Source: Spirochaetia bacterium (GTDB taxonomy: Bacteria > Spirochaetota > Spirochaetia > SZUA-6 > Bin103). Taken from it: DNA of 64,000 nt. Below the pieces are notes generated by a model. The model saw only the letters and a list, made by a program, of their open reading frames with translations. It made no database searches and had not been told where the DNA came from. Positions within the stretch are counted from its first letter, which is position 1, and each line of letters opens with the position of its first letter. Of this stretch, positions 8,343 through 20,259 are shown piece by piece. The position numbers and the translations under genes were made by a program. The stretch is from the NCBI GenBank assembly GCA_965199955.1, contig CBDATQ010000001.1, positions 448,001 to 512,000 on the forward strand. Direction: 5' to 3'.

Positions 8343-9572
8343 ATGAAGGTGTACAACGACTACTTCGGCCAGTTCGGAGGGCGCTACGCGGCCGAGGTGC
8401 TGCGTACGCCGCTCGACGAGCTGCAGGCAGCGTTCACGGAGGCGGTGGTCGCCCCGGATTTCCTGGCCGAGCTGGACCGCTTCGGGTGCCAGTTCGCGGG
8501 GCGACCGACGCCGCTCTCCCCGGCCGTGAACGCGCAGGCGGAGATCGGCGGCGCGTCGATCTACCTGAAGCTGGAGGGGCTGGCCAACACCGGCGCCCAC
8601 AAGGTGAACAACGTCATCGGCCAGTGCCTGCTGGCGAAGCGCATGGGCAAGCCGCGCGTGATCGCCGAGACCGGCGCCGGCCAGCACGGCGTGGCCACCG
8701 CCGCGGTCGCCGCCAAGCTGGGACTGGAGTGCCGGGTCTACATGGGCGAGGTGGACGTGCGCCGCCAGCGCCCCAACGTGTTCTGGATGGAGCTGTTCGG
8801 CGCCGAGGTGGTCCCGGTCGGCTCCGGCTCGCGCACGCTCAAGGACGCGATCAACGAGGCGCTGCGCGACTGGTCGGACACCTTCGACCGGACCCACTAC
8901 GTGATCGGCTCGGTCATGGGTCCGTCGCCCTACCCGGATATGGTCCGCGAGTTCCAGTCTGTGGTCGGCCGCGAGGTGGCCGAGCAGTGCCGGCAGCTCG
9001 GCGTGCAGCCGACGGCGCTGATCGCCTGCGTGGGCGGCGGCTCGAATGCGCTCGGCTTCTTCGCTCCGCATCTGGAGGCGTCGGCGCCGCGCCTGATCGG
9101 CGTGGAGGCGGGAGGCCGCGGGCCCGCCCTGGGCGACCACGCGGCGCGCATGTCCGGCAGTGGCATCCCCGGCATCGTGCACGGCTACAAGTCACTGTTC
9201 CTCACCGACGGCGACGGCCAGGTGGCGGAGACGCACTCGATCTCGGCCGGACTCGACTATCCCGGTGTCGGCCCTCAGCTCGCCCACCTGGGCACCAGCG
9301 GCCGCGTGGAGTTCACGACCGCCTCCGATGACGAAGCGCTCGACGCGGTGCGGCTGTTCGCCCGCACCGAGGGGATCATCTTCGCGCTGGAGTCCGCGCA
9401 CGCAGGCGCCGCGGCGATCAAGGTGGCCCGCGTGCTCCCGGACGACGCCAGCGTGGTGGTCAACGTCTCCGGCCGCGGCGACAAGGACCTGTTCATCCTG
9501 GCGGGAGCGCTGCAGCCGGACCGCTGGGCGGAGTTCCTGACGCGCGAAGCGCAGGAGATCGCCCATGGCTGA
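8343..9572 (+). CDS. trpB: Tryptophan synthase beta chain
   Basis: GAHK (PLP lysine), AETGAGQHG, GGGSN, SAGLDYPGVGP, SGRGDKD. Confidence 0.97.
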   Translation: MKVYNDYFGQFGGRYAAEVLRTPLDELQAAFTEAVVAPDFLAELDRFGCQFAGRPTPLSPAVNAQAEIGGASIYLKLEGLANTGAHKVNNVIGQCLLAKRMGKPRVIAETGAGQHGVATAAVAAKLGLECRVYMGEVDVRRQRPNVFWMELFGAEVVPVGSGSRTLKDAINEALRDWSDTFDRTHYVIGSVMGPSPYPDMVREFQSVVGREVAEQCRQLGVQPTALIACVGGGSNALGFFAPHLEASAPRLIGVEAGGRGPALGDHAARMSGSGIPGIVHGYKSLFLTDGDGQVAETHSISAGLDYPGVGPQLAHLGTSGRVEFTTASDDEALDAVRLFARTEGIIFALESAHAGAAAIKVARVLPDDASVVVNVSGRGDKDLFILAGALQPDRWAEFLTREAQEIAHG

Positions 9573-10329
9573 CAAGCCGGCCTTCATGGCCCACCTGGTG
9601 GCGGCGTTCCCGGACTGGGACACCTCGCTGCGCGTCGGCGAGGCGATGATCGCCGGCGGTGCCGGGCTGCTGGAGGTGCAGTTCCCGTTCAGCGACCCGA
9701 CCGCGGACGGTCCGTGGATCCAGCGCGCGTGCGCGGATGCGCTGGCGGCCGGGTTCGCGGTGGACGACGGCTTCCGGCTGGTCGACCGGCTGGCGAACCG
9801 CCCTGACGCGCCTCAGGTCTTCGTGATGGTGTACGCCAATCTGGCCTTCCGGCCGGGAATCGAACCGTTCCTGGCGCGCTGCCGGGACGCGGGCGCGCGC
9901 GGCGTGATCGTCCCCGACCTGCCCCCCGACTACGACGAGGGGCTGTACGCTGCCGGCCGGAACCTGGCCCTGGAGGTGGTCCCCGTGGTTCCCGTGACCG
10001 CCCGCGCGGAACGCCTCCGTGCCGTGGTGGAGAGCTCGCGCACCGGCTCCCTGTACACGGCGCTGCGCAAGGGCGTGACCGGCGGCTACACCCGGATCAG
10101 CGATGACAGCGTCCGTTTCCTGCGCGACGCCCGGGCGCTCGGCGTTTCGGTGATGGCCGGCTTCGGGATTTCGGAACGGGCGCAGGTCGACGCGCTCGCG
10201 CCGCTGGTGGATACCGTGATCGTCGGCTCGGCCTTTATCCGCGCGCTGCTCGAGGCCCCGGAGGGCGCCGACCCGTACGACACGGTACGCGGTCTGATGG
10301 CGCGGCTGGCCGATCCGGGGACGTCTTGA
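9565..10329 (+). CDS. trpA: Tryptophan synthase alpha chain
   Basis: LEVQFPFSDPTADGP, PDLP, GVTG, GFGI. Confidence 0.95.
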   Translation: MADKPAFMAHLVAAFPDWDTSLRVGEAMIAGGAGLLEVQFPFSDPTADGPWIQRACADALAAGFAVDDGFRLVDRLANRPDAPQVFVMVYANLAFRPGIEPFLARCRDAGARGVIVPDLPPDYDEGLYAAGRNLALEVVPVVPVTARAERLRAVVESSRTGSLYTALRKGVTGGYTRISDDSVRFLRDARALGVSVMAGFGISERAQVDALAPLVDTVIVGSAFIRALLEAPEGADPYDTVRGLMARLADPGTS

Positions 10330-10385
10330 TCGGTGCGGCGCTTCGCCCTACTTTCTGCACAACGACTCCCAAGGGGGCAAGCCGA

Positions 10386-10709
10386 ATGGGACAGGAAGTG
10401 ACGATTACCAGCGACAATTTCGATGCGGAGGTTCTCCAGGCGGACACCCCCGTGCTGGTCGACTTCTGGGCCGACTGGTGCGGCCCGTGCAAGATGATCG
10501 CGCCCGCCGTCGAGGAGCTGGCCTCCGACTACGCGGGCCGCGTCAAGGTCGGCAAGGTCAACGTCGACGATGCCGGCGACCTGGCGATGAAGTTCAAAGT
10601 GGTCAGCATTCCCACTCTGCTGCTGTTCAACGACGGATCGGTGGTCGACCAGCAGGTCGGTGCGGTCCCCAAGGGCAAGATCGAGGGGATGTTCAAGGCG
10701 CTCGTGTAA
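10386..10709 (+). CDS. trxA: Thioredoxin
   Basis: DFWADWCGPCKM. Confidence 0.95.
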   Translation: MGQEVTITSDNFDAEVLQADTPVLVDFWADWCGPCKMIAPAVEELASDYAGRVKVGKVNVDDAGDLAMKFKVVSIPTLLLFNDGSVVDQQVGAVPKGKIEGMFKALV

Positions 10710-10730
10710 CGCGCCGCGCGGACCGGCGCA

Positions 10731-11777
10731 TCAATCGCGGCTGAACATCTCGTCGGTGTTGAGGCCGCCGAAGGTCGCCCCGCGGGTCGGGGTGATGTGC
10801 CAGTCCGCGCGGGAGTCGGTGTCCGCGTGGTCGCTGCCGCGCGCTATCGAGCGGGTCGATGTGGTGTTGTTCGAGTCGACGGCATCCTCGGGACGCGCCA
10901 GCTCACCGGCGACCTGCCAGCCGCCGGCCGCCACAAGCTCATCGACGCGTTCCAGCACTCTGCGGGTGCCGAACCCCCGGTAGCGTTCGTCCGACTCGGA
11001 GGTGCGGTCGCTGTAGATCACGCCGTCGAGCAGGTCGCCGTCCGGCCGTGCGTAGAGCGACACGACGCCGTTGTTGCCGGACAGTCCCTCGCCTTCGGGA
11101 AGCCACAGGTCCCAGGCATCCTCCGACGCCTGCGGATGGGCCGATTCCGTCATCGACGCCGTCTCGTCCACCTCCGCCGGGTCACCGGTGCTGACGCAGT
11201 GGATGACGATGAAGTCGCCCGGCTCCACCGCGATGGAGGGGAACACCAGCCGGTGGCGGTAGTTGCCCGGCGTCCCGTCGAACAGGGTCACCCCGCCCAG
11301 GTCGCCGGCCGTCAGGGCCACCAACTCGATCCGGTCGGGCCGCGTACGGGTGCCTCGCGTGGTCAGCTCGGTGATGAGCAGGGCCGGCACCTCGCCGTTG
11401 TGGCCGTGGAAGCGGGCGGTCATCCCCAGGCCGTTGCCGCGCTCATCGGTGACCACCGCCTTGAGCTGGTACTCGGCGCCCGAGCTCTGCTCGGCGACCG
11501 ACAGCAGCATGCGGGCTCCGTCGTAGGCGACGCCATCCAGACCGAGAGGGGGTTCGATGACCAGCGATCCATCCTCGAGCACCGCGGGCTCGCTGAAGGT
11601 GATCGCGATCGAGCGCCGGTCCGGCACCTCGACGGCGCGCAGAAGAGGCGGCGTCAGGTCCGGATCGATGACGGTGCGCAGTGCGGGCACCTTGCCGCAC
11701 GCGCCCACGACGCAGAAAAGGCCGGCCAGGCTCGCTGCCGCGGCGAGCCGCCGGAAGTCGATTGTTCGGGTTGCCAT
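10731..11777 (-). CDS. Lipoprotein with Ig-like / lamin-tail-like domains
   Basis: Lipobox VVGA-C; LITEL..G...D.IEL and TP..GATFG..N motifs. Confidence 0.65.
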   Translation of the reverse strand: MATRTIDFRRLAAAASLAGLFCVVGACGKVPALRTVIDPDLTPPLLRAVEVPDRRSIAITFSEPAVLEDGSLVIEPPLGLDGVAYDGARMLLSVAEQSSGAEYQLKAVVTDERGNGLGMTARFHGHNGEVPALLITELTTRGTRTRPDRIELVALTAGDLGGVTLFDGTPGNYRHRLVFPSIAVEPGDFIVIHCVSTGDPAEVDETASMTESAHPQASEDAWDLWLPEGEGLSGNNGVVSLYARPDGDLLDGVIYSDRTSESDERYRGFGTRRVLERVDELVAAGGWQVAGELARPEDAVDSNNTTSTRSIARGSDHADTDSRADWHITPTRGATFGGLNTDEMFSRD

Positions 11778-11817
11778 CACCCCTGATACGGCCGGGGCGG
11801 CGGCAGCGCTTTACCGG

Positions 11818-12216
11818 CTACCCTTCGGCGCTCTGCAGCTCCTCGATGACCCGCCGCGCCAACCGGCCCGGGGCCGGCGGCAGGTCCTCACCTCCTTCGC
11901 CGTCGTACTTGGCCACCAGAAGGCCCAGCAGCTCCATGGCCGCCTGGTCGTCGTCGAGCTTGTGGTGCATGAAGGCGATCTCGTACTCCGCCCAGAGATT
12001 GCGCTCGAGCTCGTCGGGATCGGCGGTGGCCGGGAAGCGTTCCAGATAGGCGCGGTAGTAGTCCATCGCACCTTGATAATTCCGCTGACTGCTGGCGTCG
12101 CGGGCCGCCTGGAAGTACTCGGGAGCGGTCATCAGCTCGGAGGCGTCCGGCCTGGGGGTCTGACAGCCCAGCAGCAGCGCGGCGCCCGCCGCCAGCGGGA
12201 TGAGCAGCGATCGCAT
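11818..12216 (-). CDS. TPR lipoprotein, BamD-like
   Basis: Lipobox LLLG-C; EYFQAA, YLERFP, WAEYEIAF. Confidence 0.7.
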   Translation of the reverse strand: MRSLLIPLAAGAALLLGCQTPRPDASELMTAPEYFQAARDASSQRNYQGAMDYYRAYLERFPATADPDELERNLWAEYEIAFMHHKLDDDQAAMELLGLLVAKYDGEGGEDLPPAPGRLARRVIEELQSAEG

Positions 12217-12245
12217 GAGGCGGCACGTGCGTGCCGGGGCTCGCA

Positions 12246-13466
<1,221 letters not shown>

Positions 13467-13530
13467 CAGGAGGCTTAGTATATCACCGGATGCACGATCC
13501 CCGATGACTGGTCAGCGAGTGCCGGATCCC

Positions 13531-14619
13531 ATGCCACGTCGCCGCCCGGCCGCGGTCCGCGGGTCCCGCCGCTCCCCGGCACGCGGCGCTGCACTCGGAC
13601 AGGCGGCGCTCGCACTGGCGGCCGCCATCGTGATCGGGAGCTGCGCGCGTCACGAGCTGGTGTGGGTCCCGGACCGGTCCCTGAACGCCGACCTGCAGCA
13701 GCTCCGCAGCGAGCTGGAGCGGACCGACCCCGGCGCCGAGACCGCCGACCAGCGGTACGCGCTGGTCGCGGAGATCGCCCGCACCCTGCGGAGCGGCGGG
13801 GAAGCGGGACGCGAGCGGACTTTCCTGACCCTGTACGCCGGGCAGCATCCCCAGGACCCGTACAACGCCGCCCACCTGGTAACCGTCGCGGACTCCTATC
13901 TGGAGGGCGGGCAGACGCCGCTGGCCGTGCACTACTACCGGCGGGCGCTGCGCAACCTGCCCGATCTCGAAGTGCGGGGGCGATCGCTGCACCGGCACTG
14001 CCTGGAGCGCCTCGTGGAGCTCGACGATGCCGTCCGCCACGTCGAGTACTACCGGGAGCTGGTCGAGCGGTTTCCCGAACGCATCGACCTCGGCCTGAGC
14101 CTCTACCGCCTCGCCGGTGCGTACGCCGCGCGGGGCGACTGGGAGCAGGCTCTGGAGGCGTACGGCACGTTTCTCCACGCGCCCCCGACCGAGATTCCCG
14201 GCGAGCCCGATGCCTACCGGCAGGTGACCGAGCTGATCCGCTTCCATCGCTCCGACAAGTCATGGGTGCGGGCCGATCTGGACACGCTCGTGGCGGAGGT
14301 GCGTGCCGCCATCGCCGGCCGTGACGTGCGCGCGCTGCGCCGTGTGCAGGCCGGCGTCAATTTCTTCGCGACGTCCTGGGGGAGCGACGCGACGCTCACT
14401 CAACGCTTCAGGTTGGAGGCGTTCTCGATGCGGCGTGTCCACGCCGACGCCGAGTTGCACCCCGATTCCAACGACCGGGAAGCCTTCCTGCGCACGGCGG
14501 GATGGACGGCACGGGTCACTACCTGGTATCTTTGCTTCCGAAGGGTCGACTACAGCATCGATCCGCGCGTCAACGGCACTTGGGAGTGGGCCGGTATTTA
14601 CTTTGGCGAGAAAGTGTAG
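13531..14619 (+). CDS. Tetratricopeptide-repeat lipoprotein
   Basis: Lipobox IGS-C and TPR-like helices; C-terminal WEWAGIYFGEK. Start uncertain (13504 or 13531). Confidence 0.7.
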   Translation: MPRRRPAAVRGSRRSPARGAALGQAALALAAAIVIGSCARHELVWVPDRSLNADLQQLRSELERTDPGAETADQRYALVAEIARTLRSGGEAGRERTFLTLYAGQHPQDPYNAAHLVTVADSYLEGGQTPLAVHYYRRALRNLPDLEVRGRSLHRHCLERLVELDDAVRHVEYYRELVERFPERIDLGLSLYRLAGAYAARGDWEQALEAYGTFLHAPPTEIPGEPDAYRQVTELIRFHRSDKSWVRADLDTLVAEVRAAIAGRDVRALRRVQAGVNFFATSWGSDATLTQRFRLEAFSMRRVHADAELHPDSNDREAFLRTAGWTARVTTWYLCFRRVDYSIDPRVNGTWEWAGIYFGEKV

Positions 14620-14710
14620 GTTTTGAGAGCGTGTAGGTTCTCGCGCCGCCCACCCCGCCGGATCGGCAGCAGCCGGGACGTACAGAGGCCCGGCACCGTT
14701 AGAGGAAAGG

Positions 14711-16210
14711 ATGAGCAACGCAAGGGGAGCCGGCGTGCGCGCGCTCGTGGCGATCGCTGTGCTCATGACCACGGGGATCGTTCCGCTCGCGGCCCAGGAT
14801 TGCCGGAGCGACTGGCAGGCGTGCGACCACGCGCGCGTCGAGCACTACATCAAGCAGTTCACCAAGCGGACCTGGCGTGGATGGCTGCACGGCGTCTGGG
14901 AGCGCTCGTGGATCTACTCCGATCACATCGGCGCTGCAATCGAGCGGCGCGGGCTGCCGCAGGAGCTGCGGCTGCTGCCGGTGATCGAGTCGGGTTATCT
15001 CCCCGATGCGGTGTCGACGAGCGGCGCGGTCGGCATCTGGCAGATCACACGCCTCGGGGCGAGCGGCTATCCGTTGCAGATGGATGGCGGGCTCGACGAG
15101 CGGCGCGACTTCTGGAAGGCGACCGAGGTCGCGCTGGATACCCTGGCAACGAACCGCGAACGCTTCGGCGACTGGCTGCTCGCGATCGCCGCGTACAACG
15201 CAGGCCCGGGCGGGGTGCAGCGGGCGATCGACCGCGCCGGCACCAGGGATTTCTGGGAGTTGCGCCGATCGGGCGCGTTGCCGGAGCAGACGGCGGAGTT
15301 CGTGCCCCGTTTCCTGGCGGCGGTTCGCGTCTTCTCGGAGCCGGAGCGCTACGGTCTTCCGGCGCTCGAGCCGATCACCTGGGTTCGCGTCGGAGCCGGC
15401 GGCCGGGCCGACCTGCGCAAGCTGGCCGCGCACACGGGCATGGACCTCGATCTGCTGCGGACCGCAAATGCGGAGCTCGGCTCGGTGTTCACCCCGAACG
15501 ACGCCCGCGTCGAGCCGGCGGTGATCGCATCGAGCGACACGCGTGCCGCGGACCTGAACGGATACTGGCTGAAGGTCCCGGCCGACCACGCCGAGCAGGT
15601 GCGGGCCCTCCTGGAGGAGCGCGCGCAGCTGTTCGACTTCATCGAGCACGTGATCCGCGCCGGAGAGACCTTCTGGGCCCTCGCGAAACGCTACGGAAGC
15701 AGCGTCGACCTGATCGTCGACGAGAATCCGGGGCTGCACCCGCAACGGCTGCGCCCCGGTCAGACCGCGGTTGTCCCGCTGCTGGCCGTCACTCCGGTGG
15801 CCGCCACTCCGGTGGCGGTGCCGTCGGGCGCGACGGTCGAACACCGGGTTCGGCCGGGAGAGACGCTATGGGTCCTGGCGCTCCGGTATGGCAGCAGCGT
15901 CGAACGGATCCTCGGTGAGAATCCGGGCGTGAATCCGCGGCGGCTGCGGCCGGGCCTGACCGTGATCATCCCGCTGCCGGGTTCCGTGCCGGACGTGGAG
16001 TCGCCGGGCGTCGGGCCTCCGTGGATGGCGCAGGCGGGGTCCGGCGCCGTGCACGTCGTCGAGCACGGCGACTCGCTGTGGGATATCGCGCGCACCCACG
16101 GGGTGACCGTGGAGGCGCTGGCGGCCAGCAACGGCCGGTCGCCGAACGACATCATCAAGCCGGGCGAAACCCTTATCGTGCAGGCCGGCGGTACGCTGTC
16201 GAGCGCCTGA
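14711..16210 (+). CDS. MltD-like lytic transglycosylase with three LysM domains
   Basis: PVIES, GAVGIWQ, DERRD, AYNAG; LysM repeats GETFW, GETLW, GDSLW. Confidence 0.9.
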   Translation: MSNARGAGVRALVAIAVLMTTGIVPLAAQDCRSDWQACDHARVEHYIKQFTKRTWRGWLHGVWERSWIYSDHIGAAIERRGLPQELRLLPVIESGYLPDAVSTSGAVGIWQITRLGASGYPLQMDGGLDERRDFWKATEVALDTLATNRERFGDWLLAIAAYNAGPGGVQRAIDRAGTRDFWELRRSGALPEQTAEFVPRFLAAVRVFSEPERYGLPALEPITWVRVGAGGRADLRKLAAHTGMDLDLLRTANAELGSVFTPNDARVEPAVIASSDTRAADLNGYWLKVPADHAEQVRALLEERAQLFDFIEHVIRAGETFWALAKRYGSSVDLIVDENPGLHPQRLRPGQTAVVPLLAVTPVAATPVAVPSGATVEHRVRPGETLWVLALRYGSSVERILGENPGVNPRRLRPGLTVIIPLPGSVPDVESPGVGPPWMAQAGSGAVHVVEHGDSLWDIARTHGVTVEALAASNGRSPNDIIKPGETLIVQAGGTLSSA

Positions 16211-16395
16211 TGGATGGGCCCGCGCCGCCGGGGATGGCCGCAAGGCGTACCCGGACGGCGCGCGCGCTCGCACTGATCGCCCTGCTGGCGGCGGTCACCT
16301 TCGTCTGCGCGCGCGACGAAGAGAGGATCCGCATGGCTCTGGCGGGCGACGTCGATGAAGAGCCGCTGGTGATCTACTTCCGGTTCGCGGGCTGA
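16210..16395 (+). CDS. Small hypothetical membrane or exported protein
   Basis: TGATG overlap with the upstream stop, a hydrophobic segment, and abutment to the ABC-F start. Confidence 0.4.
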   Translation: MDGPAPPGMAARRTRTARALALIALLAAVTFVCARDEERIRMALAGDVDEEPLVIYFRFAG

Positions 16396-16396
16396 C

Positions 16397-18274
16397 GTGG
16401 CTGCCGTCACCCTGGAAGGGGTCAGCGTCGCCTACGGCGCGCAGACGGTGCTCGCCGGCGCAAGCACCACGCTGGCACGGGGAGACCGTGTCGCCCTGGC
16501 CGGTCCCAACGGCAGCGGCAAGAGCACGCTGCTGCGCGTGGCCGCCGGCGAGCTTCCCCCGGACGCCGGCAGCGTGCGCCTGCAGCGCGGCGCGCGGGTG
16601 TGCTACCTGCCGCAGTCCGGGTCCGGCGACGACGCGGCCAGGTCCGGGCGGACGGTCGTCCAGGAGCTGGAGCGTGCGTTCACCGACCTGCACGCGGTGG
16701 CGGCCGAGGCCACGGCGCTGGAGGGACGAATGGCCGACGGAGATGACGTCGAGGAGGTGCTCACCGCGTACGGGGAGCTCCTCGAACGGCTGGAGCGCGG
16801 CGGCTACCACGAGCGCGACCGTGAGATCGGCGTCGTCATGCGCGGCCTGGGGTTCGAGGAATCGGACCGCGACCGGCCGGTCAGCGAGCTGTCCGGCGGC
16901 TGGGAGATGCGGGTCGCGCTGGGCCGCGTGCTGCTGAGCCGCGCCGACCTGCTGCTCCTCGACGAGCCCACCAACTACCTGGACCTGCCGGCGCGCGAAT
17001 GGCTGGAGGGCTTCCTGGCGCGCGGCGAAGGTGGCTTCATGGTGGTCGCCCACGACCGCGAGTTCCTGGATCGCTGCTGCCAGAGCGTGCTGGAGATCCG
17101 CGACGGCCGGCTCCGCTCCTACGCGGGCGGCTACTCCGACTTCGAGCGGGCGCGGGCCGAGCAGGTCCGCGCCGACGCCAAGGCGTACGACCTGCAGCAG
17201 GAAGAGATCGAACGGATCGAGGCGTTCATCCGCCGCTTCCGCGCCACCGCCTCCAAGGCGCGCCTGGTGCAGAGCAGGATCCGCTACCTGGAGAAGCTGC
17301 CGCGCCGCGAGCGGCCGGTGCAGGCGCCGACCATCAAGCTGTCGCTGCCCGATCCGCCGCGCTGCGGCAAGGTGCCGCTGACCTGCGCCGGGTTGGCAAG
17401 GCGCTACGGCGACCTGCAGGTGTACGCGGGCGTCGACCTGGAGGTGGAGCGCAACGACCGGCTGGCGGTGGTCGGCAAGAACGGCGCCGGCAAGTCCACG
17501 CTGATGCGTGCCCTGACCGGCGCAGAGGAGCCGAGCGCCGGCTCGATCAGGCGGGCCGTGGGCCTGCGGCAGGCGTACTTCGCGCAGGATCAGGAGCGGC
17601 AGCTCGATCCCGGGCTCACGGTGCTGGAGACGGTTCAGGCCGCCGCGGCCGCCGACCAGCAGCAGAAGGTCCGCGACCTGCTTGGCGCCTTCCTGTTCAA
17701 CGCGGACGACATCGACAAGCCGGTGGGCGTGCTGTCCGGCGGCGAGCGCGTGCGCGTGGCGCTGGCGCGCCTGCTGCTGCAGCCGATCAACCTGCTGCTG
17801 CTGGACGAGCCTACCAACCACCTGGACATCGTCTCCACCGAAGCGCTGGCGCGCGCCCTGGAGCAGTACCGGGGAACGCTGATCGTGGTCTCGCACGACC
17901 GCGCGTTCCTGCGCCGGCTGGTCACCGGCGTCCTGGAGGTGGACCGCGGCGGCGCCCGCCTGTATCCCGGCGACTTCTCCTACTACGAATGGAAACGGAA
18001 GAACGAAGATGAGGACACCCCGGCTCGCGCCACCGACCGGCGCAGGAGCCGGGACCGCACCAGAGAGAAGCCGCAGCCCCGGTCGCGGGCTGCCAGCGAG
18101 GATCGGGTGCTGGAAGAGCTGGAGGAGCTGGAGCAGCAGCGGATGCGGATCGAGGCGGACCTGGCACGCGAGGACACGTGGCGCGACGGGCAGGCGATGC
18201 GCGAGCTGAAGCGGTCGCTGGCCCGCAACCGGGAACGGGAGCACGAGTTGACGAGCTCGCTCTCGTCCGATTGA
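16397..18274 (+). CDS. ABC-F family ATP-binding protein
   Basis: Two ABC domains (GPNGSGKS and GKNGAGKS, LSGG, DEPTN) and no TM segments. Confidence 0.93.
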   Translation: MAAVTLEGVSVAYGAQTVLAGASTTLARGDRVALAGPNGSGKSTLLRVAAGELPPDAGSVRLQRGARVCYLPQSGSGDDAARSGRTVVQELERAFTDLHAVAAEATALEGRMADGDDVEEVLTAYGELLERLERGGYHERDREIGVVMRGLGFEESDRDRPVSELSGGWEMRVALGRVLLSRADLLLLDEPTNYLDLPAREWLEGFLARGEGGFMVVAHDREFLDRCCQSVLEIRDGRLRSYAGGYSDFERARAEQVRADAKAYDLQQEEIERIEAFIRRFRATASKARLVQSRIRYLEKLPRRERPVQAPTIKLSLPDPPRCGKVPLTCAGLARRYGDLQVYAGVDLEVERNDRLAVVGKNGAGKSTLMRALTGAEEPSAGSIRRAVGLRQAYFAQDQERQLDPGLTVLETVQAAAAADQQQKVRDLLGAFLFNADDIDKPVGVLSGGERVRVALARLLLQPINLLLLDEPTNHLDIVSTEALARALEQYRGTLIVVSHDRAFLRRLVTGVLEVDRGGARLYPGDFSYYEWKRKNEDEDTPARATDRRRSRDRTREKPQPRSRAASEDRVLEELEELEQQRMRIEADLAREDTWRDGQAMRELKRSLARNREREHELTSSLSSD

Positions 18275-18305
18275 AGCCGGGGGAGTAGATTATCCGCACA
18301 ACGCC

Positions 18306-19661
18306 ATGAACGAACCGTTTCACGCGTACGACATCCGCTCGGTGTACGGCGCCGGTATCGACGTGCCGGTGGCATACCGCATCGGCCGCGCGCTGGCCCG
18401 GCACCTGGATGCCGAGCGCTACCTGCTCGGCCACGACGCGCGCACCCACTCGCCGGCGCTCAGTGAAGCCCTGGCGCGCGGGCTTGCCGCCGAAGGGCGG
18501 CGCGTGGCAAGCGTCGGCCTCACGACCACGCCGGCGCTCCACTTCCTGCAGATCGAGGCCGGCTGCGACGCCGGCGTGATGGCGACCGCCTCGCACAACC
18601 CGCCCCAGTACCACGGCTTCAAGGTCTTCGACAGCACCGGCGGATCGGTGAGCTACGCCAAGGGACTCTCGCGCGTGGAGGCGCTGCTGGCCGAGGTCGA
18701 AGGCGAAGAGGCCGGCGCCGCCCGGCTGCTGCCGGAGCCCGCGCCGTCCGTGGACGGGTACGTCGACCTGGTAGCCACGGCCGCGGAGGGGGCACCGTTG
18801 GCGCCGGTCGTGGTGGACGTGTCCAACGGCTCGGCCGGAGCGCTGACGCGGGCGGTGTCCGACCGGCTGGGCGGCTTCGTGACGGTGCTCAACGGCCAGC
18901 CGGACGGCACGTTCCCGGCGCATCCCCCCAATCCGCTGGAGGAGGCCAGCCTGTGCGACATCGCACCCGCGGTGCGCGCCGGCGACGCGGCCTTCGGGGC
19001 GATCCTCGACGGCGACGGCGACCGGGTGATGTTCGTCGACGAGCGCGGCGAGGTGGTGGCCGCCCCCTTCAGCGGCGCCCTGCTGGCCCGGGAGATGCTG
19101 AGGCGCCATCCGGGAGCCGCGATCGTGCACGACCTGATCGCCTCGCGCGTGTTCGCCGAGGAGATCGCCGCCGCCGGCGGCCGCGCGGTGCGCTCGGCGG
19201 TGGGCTACACCCACCTGTACGACGCGATGGTGGAAGCGGACGCCGTGTTCGGCTGCGAGACCTCGGGACACCTGTACTTCCGTGTCTCCGATTCCTTCTT
19301 CACCGAGTCGGCGCTGTACGCGATCGTGATGATGGCGGCGCTCCTGGCGCGCGGCGGGCAGCCGCTGTCGGCGCTGGCCGCGCCGCTGCGCAGCCGCTAC
19401 GCGCAGTCGGCGGAGATCAACCTGCCGGTCGGCGCCCGCGAGGAGGCGCTGGCGGCGATGGAACGCATGCGTCACCGCTACCGCGACGCGGAGCTCGACA
19501 CCCTGGACGGGCTGTCGGTGGCGTACGGCCACGTCTGGTTTGCCATTCGCCCGAGCAATACGGAGCCGCTGCTGCGGCTGCGCCTGGAAGGGCGCGACGC
19601 CGCCACCGTGGCGGCCACGCTGGCGGAGGTGCGCGCCGTCATCGAAGGAAGGGAACGATGA
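18306..19661 (+). CDS. Phosphomannomutase/phosphoglucomutase
   Basis: TASHNP, DGDGDR, ETSGH, RPSNTEP. Confidence 0.93.
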   Translation: MNEPFHAYDIRSVYGAGIDVPVAYRIGRALARHLDAERYLLGHDARTHSPALSEALARGLAAEGRRVASVGLTTTPALHFLQIEAGCDAGVMATASHNPPQYHGFKVFDSTGGSVSYAKGLSRVEALLAEVEGEEAGAARLLPEPAPSVDGYVDLVATAAEGAPLAPVVVDVSNGSAGALTRAVSDRLGGFVTVLNGQPDGTFPAHPPNPLEEASLCDIAPAVRAGDAAFGAILDGDGDRVMFVDERGEVVAAPFSGALLAREMLRRHPGAAIVHDLIASRVFAEEIAAAGGRAVRSAVGYTHLYDAMVEADAVFGCETSGHLYFRVSDSFFTESALYAIVMMAALLARGGQPLSALAAPLRSRYAQSAEINLPVGAREEALAAMERMRHRYRDAELDTLDGLSVAYGHVWFAIRPSNTEPLLRLRLEGRDAATVAATLAEVRAVIEGRER

Positions 19662-20257
19662 AGATCCGATACAACGCGCCGGTGGTGTTGAGCTACGCGG
19701 TCGCGGCCGCGGTCGTGATGGTGCTCGACCAGATCGCTGGCGCGCAGTTCGCGGAGAGGAACTTCGCCATTCCCGGCAGCCTGGCCGGCTCGGCGCCGCT
19801 CGGCTACCTGCGGCTGATCACCCACGTGCTCGGGCACGCCAACTGGGCGCACCTGCTCGCCAACTTCGCGCTGATTCTCCTGATCGGGCCGATCCTGGAG
19901 GAGAAGTACGGCTCCTGGCCGCTGCTGATGATGATGGGGATCACGGCGCTGGCCACCGGCGGCCTGAACGTGCTGTTCCTGTCCACCGGCCTGATGGGCG
20001 CCAGCGGCATCGTCTTCATGATGATCCTGCTGAGCTCGTTCACGAACATCCGCTCCGGGGAGATCCCGCTCACCTTCGTGCTGGTGGTCCTGATGTACCT
20101 GACGCGCGAGGTGTTCGCCGCCGTCACGGAGGATTCGATCTCGCAGTTCGCCCACATCGCCGGAGGCATCTGCGGCAGCCTGTTCGGCTTCGCGATCACC
20201 CGCGCGGCGCCGCAGCTCGCGCAGCCGGCCGAGCCGACAGACCACCTGGAGGAGTGA
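19658..20257 (+). CDS. Rhomboid family intramembrane serine protease
   Basis: HANWAHLLAN, GASG, AHIAG. Confidence 0.9.
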   Translation: MKIRYNAPVVLSYAVAAAVVMVLDQIAGAQFAERNFAIPGSLAGSAPLGYLRLITHVLGHANWAHLLANFALILLIGPILEEKYGSWPLLMMMGITALATGGLNVLFLSTGLMGASGIVFMMILLSSFTNIRSGEIPLTFVLVVLMYLTREVFAAVTEDSISQFAHIAGGICGSLFGFAITRAAPQLAQPAEPTDHLEE

Positions 20258-20259
20258 CC